Shown here: in pieces, positions 24,312-27,582 of the stretch | Layout: each line of letters opens with the position of its first letter | Position numbering within the stretch: position 1 is the first letter of the stretch | NCBI GenBank assembly: GCA_016196515.1 | Contig: JACPXN010000097.1 | Coordinates: 1-27,582, forward strand | Length of the DNA stretch: 27,582 bases | Reading direction: 5' to 3' | Origin: Candidatus Omnitrophota bacterium | Lineage (GTDB): Bacteria > Omnitrophota > Gorgyraeia > Zapsychrales > Fredricksoniimonadaceae | Made by a program: the position numbers and the translations under genes | The notes under the pieces: generated by a model | Seen by the model: only the letters and a program-made list of their open reading frames with translations | What the model was told of the DNA's origin: nothing | Database searches by the model: none

Positions 24312-25099
24312 CGACCGACAGAGGCCTGCGCTGGCATTATGAGACGACCGGCGGCGGCGATCCTGTCCTGTTCATTCATGGATTCGGCGGCAGCGGCCGC
24401 TGGTGGGGGGCCCAAGAAGAATTTTTGCGCAGCGGTCATCAGGTCATCATTGTTGATCTGCCCGGCCATGGTCAAAGCGCGTGGATGCCCGTGACGCTGG
24501 GCGGCCTGGCCGTGGACCTGCGCCAGCTCATCAGCGGTCTTGGCATTTCCCAATTCAACGTGGTTTCCAGTTCTTTCGGCGGGCTTATTGCTTTTGAGTT
24601 ATACTGGATGGTCCCCGAGTCCGTCATGCGCATGTCTTTTGTCGGGGCCATCCCGAAATTCGCGCGCGCGCCCGGCTACCCGGCGGGGTTGGATGTAGAG
24701 AAGATCCGCACATTGAGCAATCAGTTCGACGGGGATTACGCGTCCGTCCTGGAAATGTTCTTCCGGTCGCTCTTTACGGCGCAGGAACGCGGCAGTGAAC
24801 GTTTTAAGTGGGTCAGGAATATGTATCGCCGCAGTGTTCTGCCGCAAAGGGAAGCGCTGAAATGTTTCCTGGATATTTTGGAAAAAACGGATTTGCGCGG
24901 TCATCTGGCCGGCGTCATTTGTCCGGTACAATTTGTGACCGGCAGTGATGATTATATCTGTCCCCGGCCGGTCATGGCACGGGTTGCCGAACATTTTGTG
25001 AACGCCCGTTTTGATGTGATGCGGGGCTGCGGCCATCTGCCGTTTCTCACCAAACCCGATGAATATAACCGTCTGTTGGAGGATTTTTTAATCCAATGA
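24299..25099 (+). CDS. bioH: Alpha/beta hydrolase, probable pimeloyl-ACP methyl ester esterase (BioH-like)
   Basis: HGFGG, DLPGHG, SSSFGG nucleophile elbow (GxSxG variant), Asp in GSDD, GHLPF; sits between bioF and bioC. Confidence 0.75.
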   Translation: MPFLTTDRGLRWHYETTGGGDPVLFIHGFGGSGRWWGAQEEFLRSGHQVIIVDLPGHGQSAWMPVTLGGLAVDLRQLISGLGISQFNVVSSSFGGLIAFELYWMVPESVMRMSFVGAIPKFARAPGYPAGLDVEKIRTLSNQFDGDYASVLEMFFRSLFTAQERGSERFKWVRNMYRRSVLPQREALKCFLDILEKTDLRGHLAGVICPVQFVTGSDDYICPRPVMARVAEHFVNARFDVMRGCGHLPFLTKPDEYNRLLEDFLIQ

Positions 25100-25872
25100 C
25101 CGTGTGGCAGACCTTCACCAATGGCGTGCGCAAAGCATTCACCGACGCGGCGGACCAGTATGATATTTTGGCCGGATTACACCGCGAGATCGGCCGCGAA
25201 CTGGTCAAAAAGAACGTGCAGCGTTCGGCAGCGCGCATTTTAGACGTCGGCACCGGCACCGGGTATGTGGCCGATAAAACCAAATTCTTTTTTCCCGACG
25301 CGATGGTGGTGGGGCTGGACATTGCGGAAGGGATGATCAGCAAAGCCGCCCAAACCCATGAGGGGATCCGTTGGCTGCAGGCCGACGGACAGCATTTGCC
25401 TTTTAAGGACGGGACTTTTGATATTATTTTTTCCAACCTCGCCTACCAGTGGATGCCTGACCTGCCCCTGGCTTTTGCCCAGGCCCGGCGCGTCCTGTCC
25501 GGCGGGGGCTTTTTGAGCGGCACGCTGTTTGGTGCAAGGACCTGTGAAGAACTTTTTTCTTGTTTGAAGATGGTCCAACCTGATTTTAACGGGAAAAATT
25601 TACCGCGCGTCGAAGATGTGAAGGATGCTTTGCGTCAGGCCGGTTTTGCGAACGCAAAAGTTGACTATGAACTCATCAAGGTGCAGTTCAAGGATGCGCG
25701 GGAATTGCTGGATTGGCTTAAGAATATCGGTGCCAATAACCTTGCGCAAGAGTTCTTTTTAGGCAAACAAATGCTGCAGAAAGTAGATGAATATTACCGC
25801 GGCCATTTTCCCTATCATGATGGTATTTGCGCTTCTTTCGAGGTCGTATGGTTCGACGCACGCTCTTTATAA
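25096..25872 (+). CDS. bioC: Malonyl-ACP O-methyltransferase
   Basis: F..AA..YD..A..HREIG, ILDVGTGTG, FDIIFSNLAYQW; ATGA-coupled to bioH. Confidence 0.85.
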   Translation: MTVWQTFTNGVRKAFTDAADQYDILAGLHREIGRELVKKNVQRSAARILDVGTGTGYVADKTKFFFPDAMVVGLDIAEGMISKAAQTHEGIRWLQADGQHLPFKDGTFDIIFSNLAYQWMPDLPLAFAQARRVLSGGGFLSGTLFGARTCEELFSCLKMVQPDFNGKNLPRVEDVKDALRQAGFANAKVDYELIKVQFKDARELLDWLKNIGANNLAQEFFLGKQMLQKVDEYYRGHFPYHDGICASFEVVWFDARSL

Positions 25873-26507
25873 CCGCCACGGATACCGGCGTCGGCAAGAC
25901 CATCGCAACGTTCGTTTTAGGGACATTGCTCAAGAGCGAGGGGCTTGACGTCGGGGTGATGAAGCCCGTGCAATGCGGCGGTCATGACGCCGCATTCTTG
26001 AAAAAAGCGCTGGGACTCGACGATGATATTGATGTGATCAACCCGTGTTACGCTCCCGAGCCATTGTCCCCGCATCTGGCTTTTCGCCGCGCCCGTAAAA
26101 AAGTGGATGCGGCAAAGATCAAGCAGGCCTATAAAACCTTGCGTGCCCGTCATGATATTTTGTTGATCGAAGGCGCGGGCGGCTTGATGGTGCCGCTGAA
26201 AAATAATTACTATAATGCCGACCTCATCCGGGACCTGAACACCGGAGTCATCATTGTTTCCCGTCTGGGACTTGGGACCATCAATCACACGCTGTTGACC
26301 ATCAACCAGGCAAAGGCTTATGGGCTAAAAATCAAGGGCGTACTTTTCAGTGACACCGGTCCCGGGCCTAAAGGCATTGCCGAACAAACCAACCCCGTTG
26401 AGATCAGGCGTCTGTCGGGCATCAAGATACTAGGGACCATTCCGTATTTACAACACATCAGCACCAGGGAAGTATTAAGGAAATGCCGCGAAATAACCAT
26501 CGATTAA
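25848..26507 (+). CDS. bioD: Dethiobiotin synthetase
   Basis: FITATDTGVGKT, MKPVQCG, IEGAGG, LGTINHTLL; SD GAGGT before ATG 25848. Confidence 0.95.
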   Translation: MVRRTLFITATDTGVGKTIATFVLGTLLKSEGLDVGVMKPVQCGGHDAAFLKKALGLDDDIDVINPCYAPEPLSPHLAFRRARKKVDAAKIKQAYKTLRARHDILLIEGAGGLMVPLKNNYYNADLIRDLNTGVIIVSRLGLGTINHTLLTINQAKAYGLKIKGVLFSDTGPGPKGIAEQTNPVEIRRLSGIKILGTIPYLQHISTREVLRKCREITID

Positions 26508-27582
26508 GACAAATGGACAAGCGGTATCTGTGGCATCCGTTCACCCAAATGAAGGATTGGGAGAAAGAACAGCCGCTCGTCATCGATTCCGCCGACGGGG
26601 TTTACCTTAAGGACATTGACGGCAACCGTTATATCGACGGGGTCTCGTCACTGTGGGTCAATGTGCACGGCCACCGTCAAAAGGCCATTGATGCGGCCAT
26701 CAAAAAACAAATGGGCAAGGTCAGCCACTCGACGCTCCTGGGGCTTTCTAATACACCCGCGGTGGAATTGGCTAAAGAGTTGATCGCGCTCGCCCCGCGC
26801 GGGTTAAAGAAGGTGTTTTACTCGGACAACGGCTCGACCGCGGTGGAGATCGCCGTCAAGATGGCGTATCAGTTCTGGCAAAACATTGGCCGCAGACAAA
26901 AAACACAGATCGTGCATTTGATCCATTCGTATCACGGCGATACCCTGGGCAGTGTGAGCATCGGCGGCATAGACCTTTTTCATAAAGTGTATCGCGGGCT
27001 TATTTTCAAGACCATCCCGCTGGCCATGGGCCCGAAGGTCGTCGAAGATTTTCAACGGTTGCTGAAAACAAAAGGTGGGCGCATCGCCGCCTTGGTCGTT
27101 GAGCCGCTGGTGCAGGCCGCGGCGGGTATGCTGATGTGGCCCGACGGCGTCCTTAAAAAGATGCGCGCCTTGACCAAAGAGCATGATGTATTTTTGATCG
27201 CGGATGAAGTGGCTACGGGTTTCGGCCGCACAGGCAAAATGTTCGCCTGCGCGCATGAAAAAGTAACGCCGGATTTTTTATGCCTGGCCAAGGGCATCAC
27301 CGGCGGGTATTTGCCGCTGGCCGCTACACTCACGACGCAAAAGGTCTATGACGGGTTCAAATTCGACTATAAAGACCAGAAAACATTTTTTCACGGTCAT
27401 ACCTATACCGGCAATCCTTTGGCCTGCGCCGCGGCGCTGGCCAACCTTAAGATCTTCCGCAAGGAGCGGGTCTTGGCGAAACTGCTCCCTAAGATAAAAT
27501 TCTTGGCCAAACGCCTTAAAGTGTTTTATAATCTGCATTCCGTCGTCGATGTCCGTTGGCTTGGGTTCATGGCGGGCATTGA
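26483..27582 (+). CDS. bioA: Adenosylmethionine-8-amino-7-oxononanoate aminotransferase, 3'-partial (start at 26483 or 26513)
   Basis: Hand translation: LWHPFTQM, YIDGVSSLWVNVHGH, SDNGSTAVEIAVKMA, YHGDT, DEVATGFGRTG, CLAKGITGGYLPL. No stop before the window end, so it is absent from the ORF track. Confidence 0.93.
   Translation, partial: MPRNNHRLRQMDKRYLWHPFTQMKDWEKEQPLVIDSADGVYLKDIDGNRYIDGVSSLWVNVHGHRQKAIDAAIKKQMGKVSHSTLLGLSNTPAVELAKELIALAPRGLKKVFYSDNGSTAVEIAVKMAYQFWQNIGRRQKTQIVHLIHSYHGDTLGSVSIGGIDLFHKVYRGLIFKTIPLAMGPKVVEDFQRLLKTKGGRIAALVVEPLVQAAAGMLMWPDGVLKKMRALTKEHDVFLIADEVATGFGRTGKMFACAHEKVTPDFLCLAKGITGGYLPLAATLTTQKVYDGFKFDYKDQKTFFHGHTYTGNPLACAAALANLKIFRKERVLAKLLPKIKFLAKRLKVFYNLHSVVDVRWLGFMAGI

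Noticed and set aside
26483-27582. Absence of bioB as a pathway gap
   Set aside because: The operon runs off the window edge, so nothing can be concluded.

Overview
The window has an accessory left half and a housekeeping right half. Left (1-15.5 kb): the 3' part of a giant + strand gene. Its frame is open from the window edge to 12230 (>4,070 aa) and strings together PtsI/PEP-utiliser-like, Glu/Leu-dehydrogenase-like, HExxE, SAM-methyltransferase, internal lipobox and HEAT modules separated by TM hairpins. This style is reported for giant proteins of Ca. Omnitrophota; the taxon is my inference. An AAA_14/DUF4143 ATPase, a secreted coiled-coil protein and a BrnT/CopG-type toxin-antitoxin pair follow. 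Right: comM, DUF212, a LysM L,D-transpeptidase, accA, rlmN, tRNA-Ala(GGC), tRNA-Leu(CAA), then iscS-birA-bioF-bioH-bioC-bioD-bioA (bioA cut by the edge) behind a BirA-type operator. The main discovery lies in the last third of the giant gene. It is built of three in-frame direct-repeat modules, each hiding an AT-rich antisense two-gene operon of small membrane proteins. These have their own SD sites and translational coupling, a shared C-terminus (GDSTRAKH*) and, in two copies, a conserved promoter with an inverted repeat, while the giant + frame stays open across all of them. All assignments are by eye from motifs; no database search was run.
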